The notes beneath the pieces are model-generated. The model was given only the letters and a program-made list of their open reading frames with translations. It made no database searches and was not told the DNA's origin. Source: Syncephalis fuscata S228 (Eukaryota; Fungi; Zoopagomycota). From it: a DNA stretch of 64,000 nt. The translations under genes were made by a program, and so were the position numbers. The stretch spans positions 806,001 to 870,000 of the forward strand of contig JAHLTZ010000001.1 in NCBI GenBank assembly GCA_025786725.1, written 5' to 3'. Positions within the stretch are counted from its first letter, which is position 1. Every line of letters begins with the position of its first letter. Below are positions 11,675 through 24,386 of the stretch, one piece after another.

Positions 11675-12502
11675 ATGAAGTTCTCCACAGTTGTTGCTGC
11701 CATTGCCACGTTGGCTATTGCCGCTCAATCGGCCGATGCCATGGATCCAAACAAGATTCTTTGTCTTGTAAACGAAGTCCGTGCTCGTAATGGTAAGCCA
11801 GCATTGAGACTTAATGTTGGCTTGAATCTTGGAGCTGCCGCCTACAGTAATGTCATGTCCACTATTCTACAAATTGGTCAACGTCCAAGCCACAATTTCG
11901 GCCCCGTAGGATTCCAGCAACGTCTTGACTCTATTCTTGCCCCTCTTGGTTTGAAGTTGGGATCTGAGAACACTTACAACGGTAAGGACACCGAAAAAGA
12001 AGTTGTTGACGGCTGGATCGCTTCCCCAACACATTACCAGAACATTCTCTCCGACGCTACCGATATGGGTGTTGCTTTGGCTACCAGAGGCTCACAAAAG
12101 TTCTGGACTCAAATCTTTGGTACTGATGGTAAGCAACACAGTTACCCAGTGTGCCCCGGAGCGAGCCCAACTCCAGCTCCAGTCCCGGCTTCTCTGCCTC
12201 CTCAGGTTCCAGCTCCTCAGGCTTCAGCTCCTCCAGCCCCAACCCCAGTTACCTACACTCCAGCTCCTCCAGCCCCAGCCCCAGTTACCTACACTCCTAC
12301 AGCTCCATCGACTCCAGCTCCAGCACCACGTAAATGCCACAAGAAAGTACACCATTGCAACGAAGGTGAAAGCAAGTGCGACAACGGCCAAATCTCACAC
12401 TGCCGTCGTGGTCGTTGGGAAGTAGCATTCTGCCCAGCGAGCCACTACTGCAAGGTTGACTCGCCCATCAAGGCTTGCTGTGCCAAAGTCCCAGGCTATT
12501 AA
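11675..12502 (+). CDS. Secreted CAP/SCP-domain protein with Pro/Ala-rich linker and C-terminal Cys-rich (CBM19-like) module
   Basis: Signal peptide; LVNEVRARNG, SEN, WIASPTHYQNIL and FWTQIFG CAP motifs; PAPAP linker; CNEGESKCDNGQISHCRRGRWEVAFCPASHYC. Intronless. Confidence 0.88.
   Translation: MKFSTVVAAIATLAIAAQSADAMDPNKILCLVNEVRARNGKPALRLNVGLNLGAAAYSNVMSTILQIGQRPSHNFGPVGFQQRLDSILAPLGLKLGSENTYNGKDTEKEVVDGWIASPTHYQNILSDATDMGVALATRGSQKFWTQIFGTDGKQHSYPVCPGASPTPAPVPASLPPQVPAPQASAPPAPTPVTYTPAPPAPAPVTYTPTAPSTPAPAPRKCHKKVHHCNEGESKCDNGQISHCRRGRWEVAFCPASHYCKVDSPIKACCAKVPGY
12225..12296 (+). repeat. 36-bp tandem duplication in the CAP protein linker
   Basis: cagctcctccagcccca(a/g)ccccagttacctacactc x2, one mismatch. 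Confidence 0.9.
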
Positions 12503-13009
12503 ATTCGATTTAATTTTAAATTAATCTGAATTTGTTTGCAACAAAGGCCGTTTGCGTATACCAAATGATTGTAATGGATGCATAGATGCTTGTTATTACA
12601 AGGCTTCAAAAAGTAAAGTAATTTTGCCACCTTAATATTAATTTATTGAATATAATGTTTATGATTAAGAGATGACGTTGCAATATGCCAAGTCATAATT
12701 TATTTGCTCGGTTGTTTTAATTAAAGAAAATCAAAAGCAAATGCTAAACAAAACATGAGTAATACAAGTACCATTTACTTAGCTATTTTATATAATAGAA
12801 TAAACGCGAGGAGGACAGCAGAGTAAAAACCAGTTATGTAACAGTTTTAGCCACAAAATAACATTATTACATAAGTAGTAGTGGCGATCAAATGTCTTTT
12901 TCTAACAACATTCGCGCCATTGAACTGCACATTCAATCTATTGAACATGGGGACAAGTGGTGAGTTTGATTTAATCGTCACATCATCACACTTATTGCTT
13001 TTTGGGGAC

Positions 13010-13840
13010 AAATGACTAATATTTAATAACGCCCAATCTATTGAACATGATAATGGGTGGTGAGTGACATCAGTCATCAAATACTCGTCATCATAGATTC
13101 GTTATCCAGTATGCATATATCCACCACTTATCTATATCATTCCCATTCTGTCCCACACTACTATGTATCATTCTACGATACACTAGACACATTTTATTTA
13201 TTATATACGGCAATATACTTTACTCATTCCACTCATTCCACTATACACACTATAATTTCAACATCATTTTATATGCTTTCTCATCATATATTCATCATTT
13301 TATATAATACTTTATACTCATATAGTCCTCCTCTATCCAAAACTATTTTTACATTTATTCTAGCTTTATTATTAATAAATGTCGACTAATTCCGCTCATT
13401 GATCGTGCATATATGCTCAATAACTTTAACATTGCTAATTTTGCTCAATATTGCATATTCATTATAATGTGTATCATTTCATTATATATTGGCTATACGC
13501 TATCTATAGCTGTTGTCGGTATGGCTCCAACTCTTTATGAATAAACATTGACATATTGCACTTAGTTGGTTCACTGAATTATATTGGTAGAACAAACAAT
13601 ATGGATATGAACGGATTATGTTTTATTAAATTTATTTATAAACAAACTAGTTTATGTTAATTAGCTATGGTTTTAATGTTAATCAAGCAAAATGACGGGT
13701 ATATATATGGTAATAACACATACTGTAATGATATATACATACTGGATAATAAATCTATGATGATGAGTATTTGATAATCGATGCCACTCACCACCCACCA
13801 TTATGTTCAATAGATTGGGTGTTATTAAAAATAACCATTT
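13010..13840. mobile_element. MITE-like / degenerate non-autonomous element with ~110-bp terminal inverted repeats
   Basis: 13010-13121 is the imperfect reverse complement of 13730-13840 (e.g. cccaatctattgaacat...gggtggtgagtg...atcaaatactc...tcatcatagatt...ttatccagtatg). AT-rich non-coding interior; no clear TSD seen. Confidence 0.6.
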
Positions 13841-15947
13841 AGCATCAGATTACAATATAATTAAACAGTTTAATCATTAGTATTTTCATTATTTGGTATC
13901 ATGCTCAATAAAATAAATATGTACTTTTCTTAATTGAATATTATCAATTGTAATAGTTTTGGCGCAAATAATTAAAATAGTTGACTAAATTAATTATTTT
14001 TAACAAATTATAATACCACCACAGCCATTATTTAAAACGCAGACAATTATTAAAAAGTATAATTTCTATATAACGATATCGGTGATATTGTATTTGAATG
14101 GGGTATGCGACCAGTGCCGCTTCTCCTTACCCCTTTCCAGCCAACGGCGATAGTTTACATGCTGGCTGATTAGTATTATTAAAGCAATGGTATCTCCTTT
14201 TCGGTCAGCTCTTCCCCTTGTCTGAATGATTAAAAGTGCGCTACTCGAAGAGCGCAGCTAATCAACTATTCCGCTTAGCAGCACCATGCACTACCCCTCG
14301 CCAGAGCCAGAGTAGGCATCAAAGCTATATCACAAGTGGGAACGACGCTCGGTCACCCCCATGGCTAAATTCAATACCAGCTAGTTGCTAGTAGCGCTGA
14401 CAACACTAGTACAGCTACTAGGCACAGCTATCTTCCAAGGCATTCCCCACTCCTTTTTACACCACCATGTGGTATATGGCTTCAGTAATTCAAGGATAAC
14501 GCACAGTACTGATAGGATTAGCAACACCTTGTAACATCCACCGATAATCGCTGTATAAATGTCCCATCATTTACCTGTAATGGTTGGTTTATTCAACTTA
14601 TGCTTTGATATTAGGACATCTTCAACGCCGCACTATTACATTCTTTAGTTTACTTGTGAAGATAAATTGTGTACTACCTTGCCATTGACACGCCGAAGTT
14701 TTCATACTGCCATTTGTACGTTTTGCTGCAGCTGACGCCACCAATCGACCATCCATTCTCTCTTTTTTCTGTGTGCGTGCGTCTGCGTGCGGATACCTTT
14801 CTACTACACTGTTTGCCTGTGCTGCTACATTCAAGCATTCGCAGTCACACTGTTACTACTGAAGTTTTATATGCCAAGACTAAAGTCTGAAAGCAGAAAA
14901 AACTAATCGTGTTATCTCAGCCACTGGTAAGTCAAAAATAGCAATAGCGTCGATAGTGTATTTTAGTAGATATAGATCTATAGATTTATATTGCCTTTTA
15001 TCTCATTATGGATATGCCAATCTATATGACACATGGTCATTGGATATTATTGTCATGTTTATTTTTATTTCGTAAATGGTCTTAACACTTTTTTACTTTA
15101 TCTCAATCGCAAATCTGCTTGCATGGTCGTTCAAATATTCCTGATATGTGCTGCATAGTCGTTGCTGTTTTCCTGTTTAATTTTACTCCTACCTCCTAAG
15201 AAAATGGTTGAGAATTACCATAATGGTACATTGCCATTGAAGCTGCATCTGCACTTGCTTCATCGCTGCGATTGGCCGTAAAGCAGTCGCCCATTTGAAT
15301 TTTGGATGGTCAGTGTAGCTTTTTTGACAGCCATAGCACGCCACTTGTTTTTGTCGGCATTGTTCGCGCCATATTGGTAAAGTGCCGAATAGCTGTGTTC
15401 TTGTTGGTTGAAATCAATCGTATTTGAGCTACCAAGAATAGCTTACCGATTTTAATCCGGTTATCTATAAACAGCATCGTTCTACGGCCACTTGCTTATT
15501 CGGATACATCTTGCTCCCCCCAGAACACAATGGCCTTTTCCATTAACGATAGTGACTGGTATCAACAGGCTAGCTTCCATTTCCATCATCAGAGTGATCA
15601 CGGACAAGCCTTCGTGTTCCCAACACCGATACACAGACCGTACAAACGTGCATGGGTTTACAGCGACTAAATTAGCTCCTCTGTGCATGCAAAACACTGT
15701 GCATCATAAAATTGCATTGCTGACAACCGTGACAGCACTACCATCACCGGCAATTGTGACCGCAGTTCATTTTTCCGATAGTATCACTACTACCGGCAAG
15801 TAAAAGTCTTGCTGCCAAGCCCTTTTATTTTTATTTTCTGTTTGACACAATCATGGATGGCGATTCGTCATGGTTGGCACCACACGTAGACGGCCATTTG
15901 TACATATTTTTACATGTGGGCACCAGGGTTGTAGCGCTATCTCTTGC

Positions 15948-16078
15948 TCGTATAGCGGATCCGTATTCACTTGGTGCCCATGGTCCAATTAACTCGCCTT
16001 GAATGCTATTATGGTGGATGTATTCAAGGCGAGCCAATTAGGCAATAGGTACTAAGTGAATACGGATCCGCTATACGA
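15948..16078. repeat. 131-nt hairpin (59-bp stem, 13-nt loop)
   Basis: Arms 15948-16006 and 16020-16078; outer 25 bp perfect; 50/59 Watson-Crick pairs. Confidence 0.9.
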
Positions 16079-17440
16079 ATAAATGTCATTGTGAGTGTAT
16101 AGCTGCTTGGAACCAATACGCGACGTTACACTTTTGGCTGGTGTCACCAGTAGTTCTTCGCCTTTCTTGGCCCCATGCTGTTGCTTCTATGTCTATTTCA
16201 CGTCACGCTCGAGACGATTGGCTTCATACTTTGCAGTATACGATGGCGCACGTCCCCATGGCATTGCTTCTAGCATAGCTATTTTGAGATGCATGTTACT
16301 GCACGAAGAAAAAGCATTTTATACACCTGTTACTATTGCTATTGCTGCTTCTGTTGCCCACCGATAGATGGTAGTGCCTCCCGCTCGTCTGAAACCATAT
16401 GGTGGCAACCTGCTTCTTATCAAACTAGTCGCTAGGATCTTGTCAGGCGATTAAAGCAGATTGTGTTGCACATGCTCATTGTTACAGTCTTTCATGTTTT
16501 TCCCAGCTACCAAAGCTTGAATATTTAAACTCCGCTCGCTTTATGTCAGAATAATGGGCACGTTAAATGCTTTAGAGTTGGTTAACAATGCTTTTATTGA
16601 GTATGAGTATGTACAGCTGTATAATAGCTGTAAAGCTGGTGATGTAGCATTAATGTCAGTGTATGTAATTGCTAAATTAGGCAACAGTTCGGGTCTCAAT
16701 AAGTTTATTGGATATTGTGATTGGATAGTCCACTGATATAAAAGAAGCGGACTAAAGGTGGTGTTATCGCTTCTTTCTAATAATTCCTCTTGACTGGCTC
16801 ACCTCACGACGCATCTTTTTCATTGCCAGCTCACAGTGCAGGTACCACCGTCCCAGGTCTTTCTTTGTTTATTTCATCCTTTTTTGACCTATCTGTCTCC
16901 TACACGAGGACGTTACAATTACTAGCCGCGTGACCTATATTTATTGTTGTGTTGCTTAGGTGGTCGTTCCCACACACAGTTTGCTATCTCACTGCCAGTA
17001 AAAAACACCATAGGCGTTTTTTACAGTTAAAAGCACTTCTTTGCCACTGTACCAGCCCATTTGGTACTGACTCATCGTTTTCTTATTCCGTCACGTCCAC
17101 ACGTCACCACACGATTGTTCTTGGCCCTTCTACTTGTTTCTACTCCGTGTACCTTTTGGCCATTTGTCTTATTGAGATCCTCCACAACACTTTTACTCAA
17201 TCCATTTAGCTTTCATAGAGTTTGACTGTCATACACCTGCTCTGTGAGTAACGAAGCTGATCTTTGCTTTTATGTGGCAAAGCAGCAGCTTAAACTGAAT
17301 CAAGTCTTTGCATATAGACCATATGCTAATATGTGCTTTATTTTTCTTTAGACATACGTTAACAGTCATTTCTTTCGACTATTACTACTGTTGCCGCCGC
17401 TGCTACCAACACCAATACCACTAAACACAAGCGTGATAAA

Positions 17441-19084
17441 ATGTGCGAGGATCCATTCGACTCGTTTGTTGACATGCAAATGATTGACGACACTATGAAC
17501 AGTCTTGCATGCACATCTGCATCCCAATCACCAACAATGTCTATATCCCACCTACCTGAAACTACGAACTTTTCGCTACATCATCAGTGGAATCATATGG
17601 CAGCCAGTGCTGCACCTACCATGTCTGCACCAGGTGGCGTAACATCAGGATCTGCTGCATCCGAATTGTTCAAGTATTATCTACAAGACCAGCTTTCGCT
17701 AATGGAGACCAATCCAGAGGCTGCCGCCGTAAATGCTGCCGCTGTAGCTGAAGTAGCCGCCGCTGCTGCCACCGCTGCTGCAGCAGCCGCTGCCGCCAAC
17801 CGAGTATCGTTATCAGCGGCTGCACAGCAGGCTAAAAACATCTTTGATCATTATCCCACGTCCACCGACGATCCAGCCCTTCTAACTCCGAAGACAGAGC
17901 CAGAATCACCGCTCCAAGGCTTCTCTACCTTGCCTGGTCTAATGCCGTCCGAAACTGATGCCTGGATGAATCAGCTTCTTAAGCCAACCACGCTATCGGC
18001 TGGCTCGGCTGTACAGCCATACCAAGTGCTATTAAATCCACTAAAAGCACAGGAAGTCGACCATCTACACGAAGAAGAGACTCGGCACTTTACCAAGCCA
18101 ACTCCTTCAACGTACGCCGGTCCACGTCGTCATACTCGTAAACACTCGCAGTCCAATCCTTATCCTACCTTTTCGACCGTTTCTGAGCTTAATACGTCAG
18201 TATATGCGAATAATAATAGTAATAATAATGCCCTAAATGCATCTACAAATACTATTGGCGATAAAAGCAGCTCGTCGTTACGATCTGGCAGCACTCGTAC
18301 GATGCCACGACGCAACAGCAAACTATACGATCGTGGCAGCGTTTCGCACAGTGATGAAGATATGGAAGACGAGGATATGGTTAACGAGCTTCTTTCTCTA
18401 CGCAATGGCGTAGTCCAGCATGGCCTTAATACACGTCGTGATCCATTGCCAGATGAAGATGAAATTCGTAAAATGACACCCAAAGAACGCCGTCAGTTGC
18501 GAAACAAGATTTCAGCTCGCAACTTTCGACTTCGCAGAAAAGAATATATTGGTACGCTAGAGGCTGAGGTAAAAGAGGTACGCAACGAGCTTAACGACTG
18601 CCGTACACGTTGCAACGACGCCGAAATTGAAAACCGTGCGCTTAAAAAGGAACTGAACTCAATTCGCGACCAATTGGAAATGGCATTGGCAGCTGCCACT
18701 GCAGCTAACTTGCCGGATCTTAATATGACTACATCGTCAACCTTTGAACGCACATTGCTAGCTCATAGCACTCTGTGCACGCCATTGTCACCGGCCACTA
18801 GCTGTGCTTCCACTGCAACATCGTCGGATCATATTATGATGTCACCCTCTGCTTCGCCGTCAACGCCGTGCTGCAACTCATTTAGTCTATTAACTCAAAA
18901 ACGACAAATACATCGCAATCCTACGAGCACACCTTTACTTACACGCAACAACTCTCCAGCACCGGTGGCCAATTCTCAACGGCTAACGCTAAATACCGAT
19001 GATATCCACCAAAACTGCTCGACAGCCAATGGCACTGCTGTATCTCATGTCAACTGGAACAAAAGCCGGCTTATTGTTCACTAA
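17441..19084 (+). CDS. bZIP transcription factor
   Basis: KERRQLRNKISARNFRLRRKEYIGTLEAEV basic region plus leucine zipper; poly-Ala and Ser/Thr-rich regions; likely 5' UTR intron 17245-17351. Confidence 0.92.
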   Translation: MCEDPFDSFVDMQMIDDTMNSLACTSASQSPTMSISHLPETTNFSLHHQWNHMAASAAPTMSAPGGVTSGSAASELFKYYLQDQLSLMETNPEAAAVNAAAVAEVAAAAATAAAAAAAANRVSLSAAAQQAKNIFDHYPTSTDDPALLTPKTEPESPLQGFSTLPGLMPSETDAWMNQLLKPTTLSAGSAVQPYQVLLNPLKAQEVDHLHEEETRHFTKPTPSTYAGPRRHTRKHSQSNPYPTFSTVSELNTSVYANNNSNNNALNASTNTIGDKSSSSLRSGSTRTMPRRNSKLYDRGSVSHSDEDMEDEDMVNELLSLRNGVVQHGLNTRRDPLPDEDEIRKMTPKERRQLRNKISARNFRLRRKEYIGTLEAEVKEVRNELNDCRTRCNDAEIENRALKKELNSIRDQLEMALAAATAANLPDLNMTTSSTFERTLLAHSTLCTPLSPATSCASTATSSDHIMMSPSASPSTPCCNSFSLLTQKRQIHRNPTSTPLLTRNNSPAPVANSQRLTLNTDDIHQNCSTANGTAVSHVNWNKSRLIVH

Positions 19085-19962
19085 AGTCATGGTCAATACA
19101 ACACGCGACTGGCTTTGTTTTCACAAGTTACGCAATAATCATTTTGGCCATTCAGATTTGCACCAGCTCTTAGTGTAAATCTATTAGATCCGTGCTATAA
19201 TGATGTTTATTGCAATCGTTTTATTGACATTGAGGCCATTTGACAATGCTATAGTTGTCGCGTATCTATTGCATTAATCCCATTTCAGCTTTCATATGAA
19301 CTTAAATCATGGGACCTTTGGCCTTTTCCTCTATTTGTATAGCTTGCTTTCTCACTCACGCTCGTATTTCATTGATTTTTTGCGCGCTCCTTATCAATGA
19401 GTTCAATTTATATGCCACACATGCTAGTCGATTGCTCTATCGACATTATTTATGCTGGTAATTATATTGAATTTAATGATGATGGTAGCCGTCGCCCGTC
19501 CTTCTATTATTCAACCTTTTTGCTTGGTCGGTGTCAGCAGCTGACATGATCTATTTTTGTCAACGGTGACCTGTTCTTCTTCGCTTTTTTTGCGATTGGT
19601 ATCCGTCATAGTTGAGTTTTTTATCCGTTCCATTTTTGCGCGCACTGTTGGTTATTTTCAAAAATAACACTGGGCGCATTTTGCATTTCTAATGCACGGT
19701 CTTTTCGTCAGTTTGGCCGCGCAATGGCAGGTTCTTTCACGAGAACGACAACTAAAAATCAATAAAAGATTTTAAGTGAATTACTTTAAATATCATAACC
19801 AAAATATTGGTTTTTAATAATGTTAATACTGTTATAAATGCTGCTAATAATATTTTTATTACTATTAATTCAATAAAAATGTGTTATAATTTATCCATTT
19901 TGACCATTGTTGCCACTAAATCAAGTAGACTTTTCTACTTTTATTTATTTATAAATAGGACA

Positions 19963-21553
19963 ATGACGCGTCATCCAGTTTTCTTTACGCCTAGCGAAAC
20001 GCCAGACTCGTCGGGTGCGCAACATGATTTTACGCCTGCAGCAGTGTCGACGCCTTCTCCGCTCATTACAATAGACAGCGACTTAAAGCGTGTTCTTGAT
20101 CAATTTCGAGCGCCGGTCCGCTTTGCTTTTGCTTATGGCAGCGGTGTGTTTCGCCAACGAGGTTACAACTACTTTGAAAAAGGCGGCCCAAACACTAAAA
20201 CTAGTAGTGTGGGCGATGTAAGTTGTTTGTGGCGCGTTATTCTATTGAATATGGCCACCTTAACTAACTGCTTATTATGTATTGTTGAAACCGAAATAGC
20301 CACCACTTGTCGACCTTATCTTTGCCGTAAGCCATCCTGCACACTGGCATAGCGTTAACCTACAACAACATCCTGAGCATTACGGCGGCATTGTTGCGTC
20401 GTTAGGTAGTAGTGCAGTTACATCGCTGCAGGAAAATTTTGGTGCCGGTATCTGGTTTAATCCATTTGTTACGGTCGAAGGCATAGTAAGTTGTCGTATT
20501 ACTTTATTATTTAATGTAAAATAAACTTATTTTATTTAATTAATTAATAGCGAATTAAATATGGTGTTATATCAGTCGATACACTTTGTCAAGATCTTTT
20601 GGAATGGGAGACACTTTATCTGGCTGGCCGAATGCAAAAACCAGTACGTAGTTACTAAACTATCGTTTTAATATCAAATATTTTCTTACGCAATCAACAG
20701 CTACGTATTATTAAAGATGATTATCGTGTACGCTTGGCAAATCGAGTTAATCGACTTCATGCAATGCGTGCTGCTTTGCTATTGCTACCCAATCAATTTA
20801 CGACCGAAGAGCTTTTTATGACTGTAGCTGGATTATCGTTTACAGGTAAGTTGTTAGCTGATTATATTAGTCACTAGTATATTATTTACCACTTGCATGG
20901 CTCTCACATAATCTAGGCGATTTTCGGATGCAGATGGGTGGTGAACATCCCGATAAAGTGGCCAATATTGTACGTGCACAAATAGAGTATTTTAGAAAGT
21001 TGTATGCGCCAATTATCCAGCGACTTGACGATCATATAGTAACGAAAGGTGAAGATCGCTTTGAAGTAAGTTTATTAAATAAAGTAGCAAGTATGGAGCC
21101 AACAAGTACAATTAATACTGGCTATAATAGCAAAATGACAATCCTGAGGCGCGAGCCCAGCTTATTCGCCAGCTACCTGAACGTTTCTATCAGCGCATGC
21201 TGCTCGAGCATAAACACTGGCTGGTCAATGAAAATCGCCGCCGTGACTACGTGGCAGGCAAGTACCTAATAAAATGCCACCTAATTGTATTTAATATATG
21301 ATGCCACAGATGAACCTAAACTAAGCCAAGCTATAGCTCAATCGCCTGCACTATCAGTTTATGTACGCCAAGGTAAATTGTATATAGCATTGTTAATCGA
21401 GTGCATTTTAATCAATAGTGTCTACTAGGCATTCATAAAACTGTTCGTTGGCCAGCCATTAGCCAGTCATTGAAAGGAGTAGTAACTGCTGGTATTGTAC
21501 CATCTATTCGCTATGGCTTAGCCAAATTACGCAAGGGCGTACTTCGTCGTTAA
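19963..21553 (+). CDS. TAM41: Mitochondrial phosphatidate cytidylyltransferase
   Basis: FAFAYGSGVFRQ, VDLIFAV, WHSVNLQQHPEHY, IKYGVIS, WETLYLAGRMQKP, GLSFTGDFRM, GGEHPDKVANIV, QSLKGVVTAG. Start codon uncertain (an upstream exon is possible). Confidence 0.93.
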
Positions 21554-22767
21554 TCGCTGTCGTGTTTTTGTTTAATATTTATACAGAATACCTATGATAG
21601 TCAGTATCTGGTGATAATAAATATCTGAATTATTGTTTAGAATGATATTGCGTGTAATAATATTAATTTATCTAAATGGACAAGTATTGCTAATAAACAG
21701 GTTATGTTTTTGATATAGTCATTAAATAAGATATGATACAATTGAATACTAGTGCAGCTGGCTTAATACTATATTATCTTATTCCATATTAACACTAATA
21801 TTCAATCGTAAACCATGCATTAAATATCTCTCTTCTTGTAATATATTCTATGCCGTATTAATGTAGCATAAATACTTTAAATATATTTATGGTATTTATA
21901 GATCAGCATATGGTGCAACAATAATGACGTTTAAGTAAAAATGTTTTAATTTGTAAACTGATTGAGTTTTATTTTGAGCCTTTTGAAATTTGTCCCAATT
22001 GAAAAACTATAAATAAATTAAAATATTGCTGAAAGAGTTGTTTAAGTGGTGGAATAAAACAAAGAATAAAAAGCAATGGCATAAAAGCAAAATATAATTA
22101 TATAACAATGTCATCAGTAAAACAATGAGTGTAAAAGAAGAATAGATAGCAAACAGTAAAGACAAGTATATTCATGGAACAATGTCATCAGTATAATAAG
22201 AAGGATGGATATCAATGCATAAACAAATGTCATTATCATAGAACACGATACTATAATTGACAACTAAAATTTTAAACATTAAATTCAGTTATAAGCAACA
22301 ACTTTTGTTGAATGTTAAATGAAATACATGTAAACATATATATTGTTACAAGGTAGAATATAAAATAAATAGAACAGCTAGTCAATTGGTGATAAATACA
22401 GTGGTTGAAGATGATAAAAAACGAGCAGCTAGAATGTGTATAAAAGTTAATTATTTTATTTGTTATGTAAAGTCAATGTTAATTGTATAGTATAGTTATA
22501 AAGGTAGGAAGGGAAGAAACATTAAATGAAGTATCAGAGATGTTTGCGTCTGATAGTCAGCTGAATGTTTACAAGGCTATTGATTTACATTGTTAGTATA
22601 ATATTTACATTGTTCAGTAGATAATCACCTATTAACCAAGTGATGCAGTTGCGGTAAAGGTGATCATAACGTGATCTATACACACCCAAATCAACACTGT
22701 CGTAACAACATCAACTCAACTCACTAGTTGTTCCCTTCGTTTTTTTCCACGCTGGTCATTAGTCAAC

Positions 22768-24313
22768 ATGCATTCAAGATTGCTAAAAACAGCAGGCCAA
22801 CGAGCTTACTGGGCCATAAGAGAACTCGATAGACCAAGAAGCTGTCTAACTGTACTGCGTCGGTGTTATGGACACGAAAGTGCATCTATACGTACACCAC
22901 CACCACCACCAACAACAACAACAACGACAACATCAACAGCGGAACGACTACGTATTAAAACTAAAATAGCAGCCATCGACGAGACGCGACCGTATGCTGC
23001 ACCGGAATTAAAAGACTTACACCAACGGCAACATACCTATCTACGTATTTCACTTACAGAGCGGTGTAATTTGCGCTGTACATACTGTATGCCTGCTGAA
23101 GGTGTACCCCTGACTTCTTCCGAGAAGTTGCTAACACCAGACGAGCTACAACGGCTGGCACGTCTGTTTGTCAGTGCAGGCGTTACTAAGATTCGCTTGA
23201 CGGGCGGTGAACCCACTGTACGCAAAGATATTATTGAAATAGTTGGTAAGTAGCTGTGTGCGCGTGATAAAGCACTTTTTATGAATGGTTAATAACAATT
23301 TATTAGAGGGATTGAATCAGCTACGTCCTCTGGGGCTTCAATCGATTGGTATGACAAGTAATGGTATTGCTCTTAAACGAAAACTGCCAGCATTGGTGGC
23401 CAACGGCTTGAATGTATTGAATGTTAGTCTTGATACACTTGATCCATTTAAATTTGAAATTATGACACGAAGACGAGGTATATGCAGCTATTGCACTAAC
23501 AGGGACATATAAATTAACCGGTTTATCAAACTGTATTTATCTAGGTATGGAACGTGTGCTTGAAAGCGTCGACGAAGCTATCAAAGTAGGCGTACCCAGA
23601 GTGAAAATGAACTGCGTTGTAGTAAGAGGAATCAATGACGCAGAAGTATTAGACTTTGTTGAATTGACTAAAAGCCAACCAATTGATATGCGATTTATTG
23701 AATATATGCCATTTGGAGGCAAGTAGATACAATAGTATAGGAAGAATAGATGATAACCGAGTATTTAATATTGTATCCATCTGTTGTTGATTATACACAT
23801 TTATAGGCAATCGATGGGAACAAAAGAAGCTGGTACCGTATCAGGAATTACTTGATATAATCCAGGAGAGACATGGATCGGTAGAGAAGCTAACCGATGA
23901 TCCTAATGATACGTCAAAGGTAAGATACTGTTTGAAATGATAAGAAAGCAAACTAATGGATCCTATTAGGCATTTCGTATTCCTGGCTATACTGGCCAAA
24001 TAGGATTTATCACTTCAATGTCCGATCATTTCTGTGGTACTTGTAATCGATTGCGTATTACAGCCGATGGTAACCTTAAGGTAGGTGATTATTAACATAA
24101 AGAAACAAGCAAAATACTGATACAATCATATTGTAGGTCTGCCTGTTTGGTAATGAAGAAGTCAGTCTAAGAGATAAAATGCGTCAAGGTGAATCGGACG
24201 AGCAGTTACTAGCATCTATCGGCGTAGGTGTGAAGCGTAAACGTGCACAACATGCTGGCATGGCCACGTTGGCCAAATCGGATAATCGTCCAATGATATT
24301 GATCGGTGGGTAG
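22768..24313 (+). CDS. MOCS1: GTP 3',8-cyclase (MoaA / MOCS1A / Cnx2), radical SAM
   Basis: [19 protein letters not shown] (CxxxCxxC), [36 protein letters not shown]; ends NRPMILIGG* (TAG 24311-24313). N-terminus looks like a mitochondrial presequence. Confidence 0.96.
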
Positions 24314-24386
24314 TTGCCATCTGAACAGGTGAGCATAGAATGGCTTGTAAGTGGCAGGGATTAATTAATAAAGACTGTATGATTAG

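Noticed and set aside
18680-18720. Possible HAC1/XBP1-type IRE1 cleavage motif (CTGCAGC) after the bZIP
   Set aside because: The basic region is not Hac1-like, I could not find paired stem-loops, and the ORF is uninterrupted.
22084-22192. Short direct repeat aacaatgtcatcagta x2
   Set aside because: 16-bp repeat in AT-rich intergenic DNA; no array or element structure.
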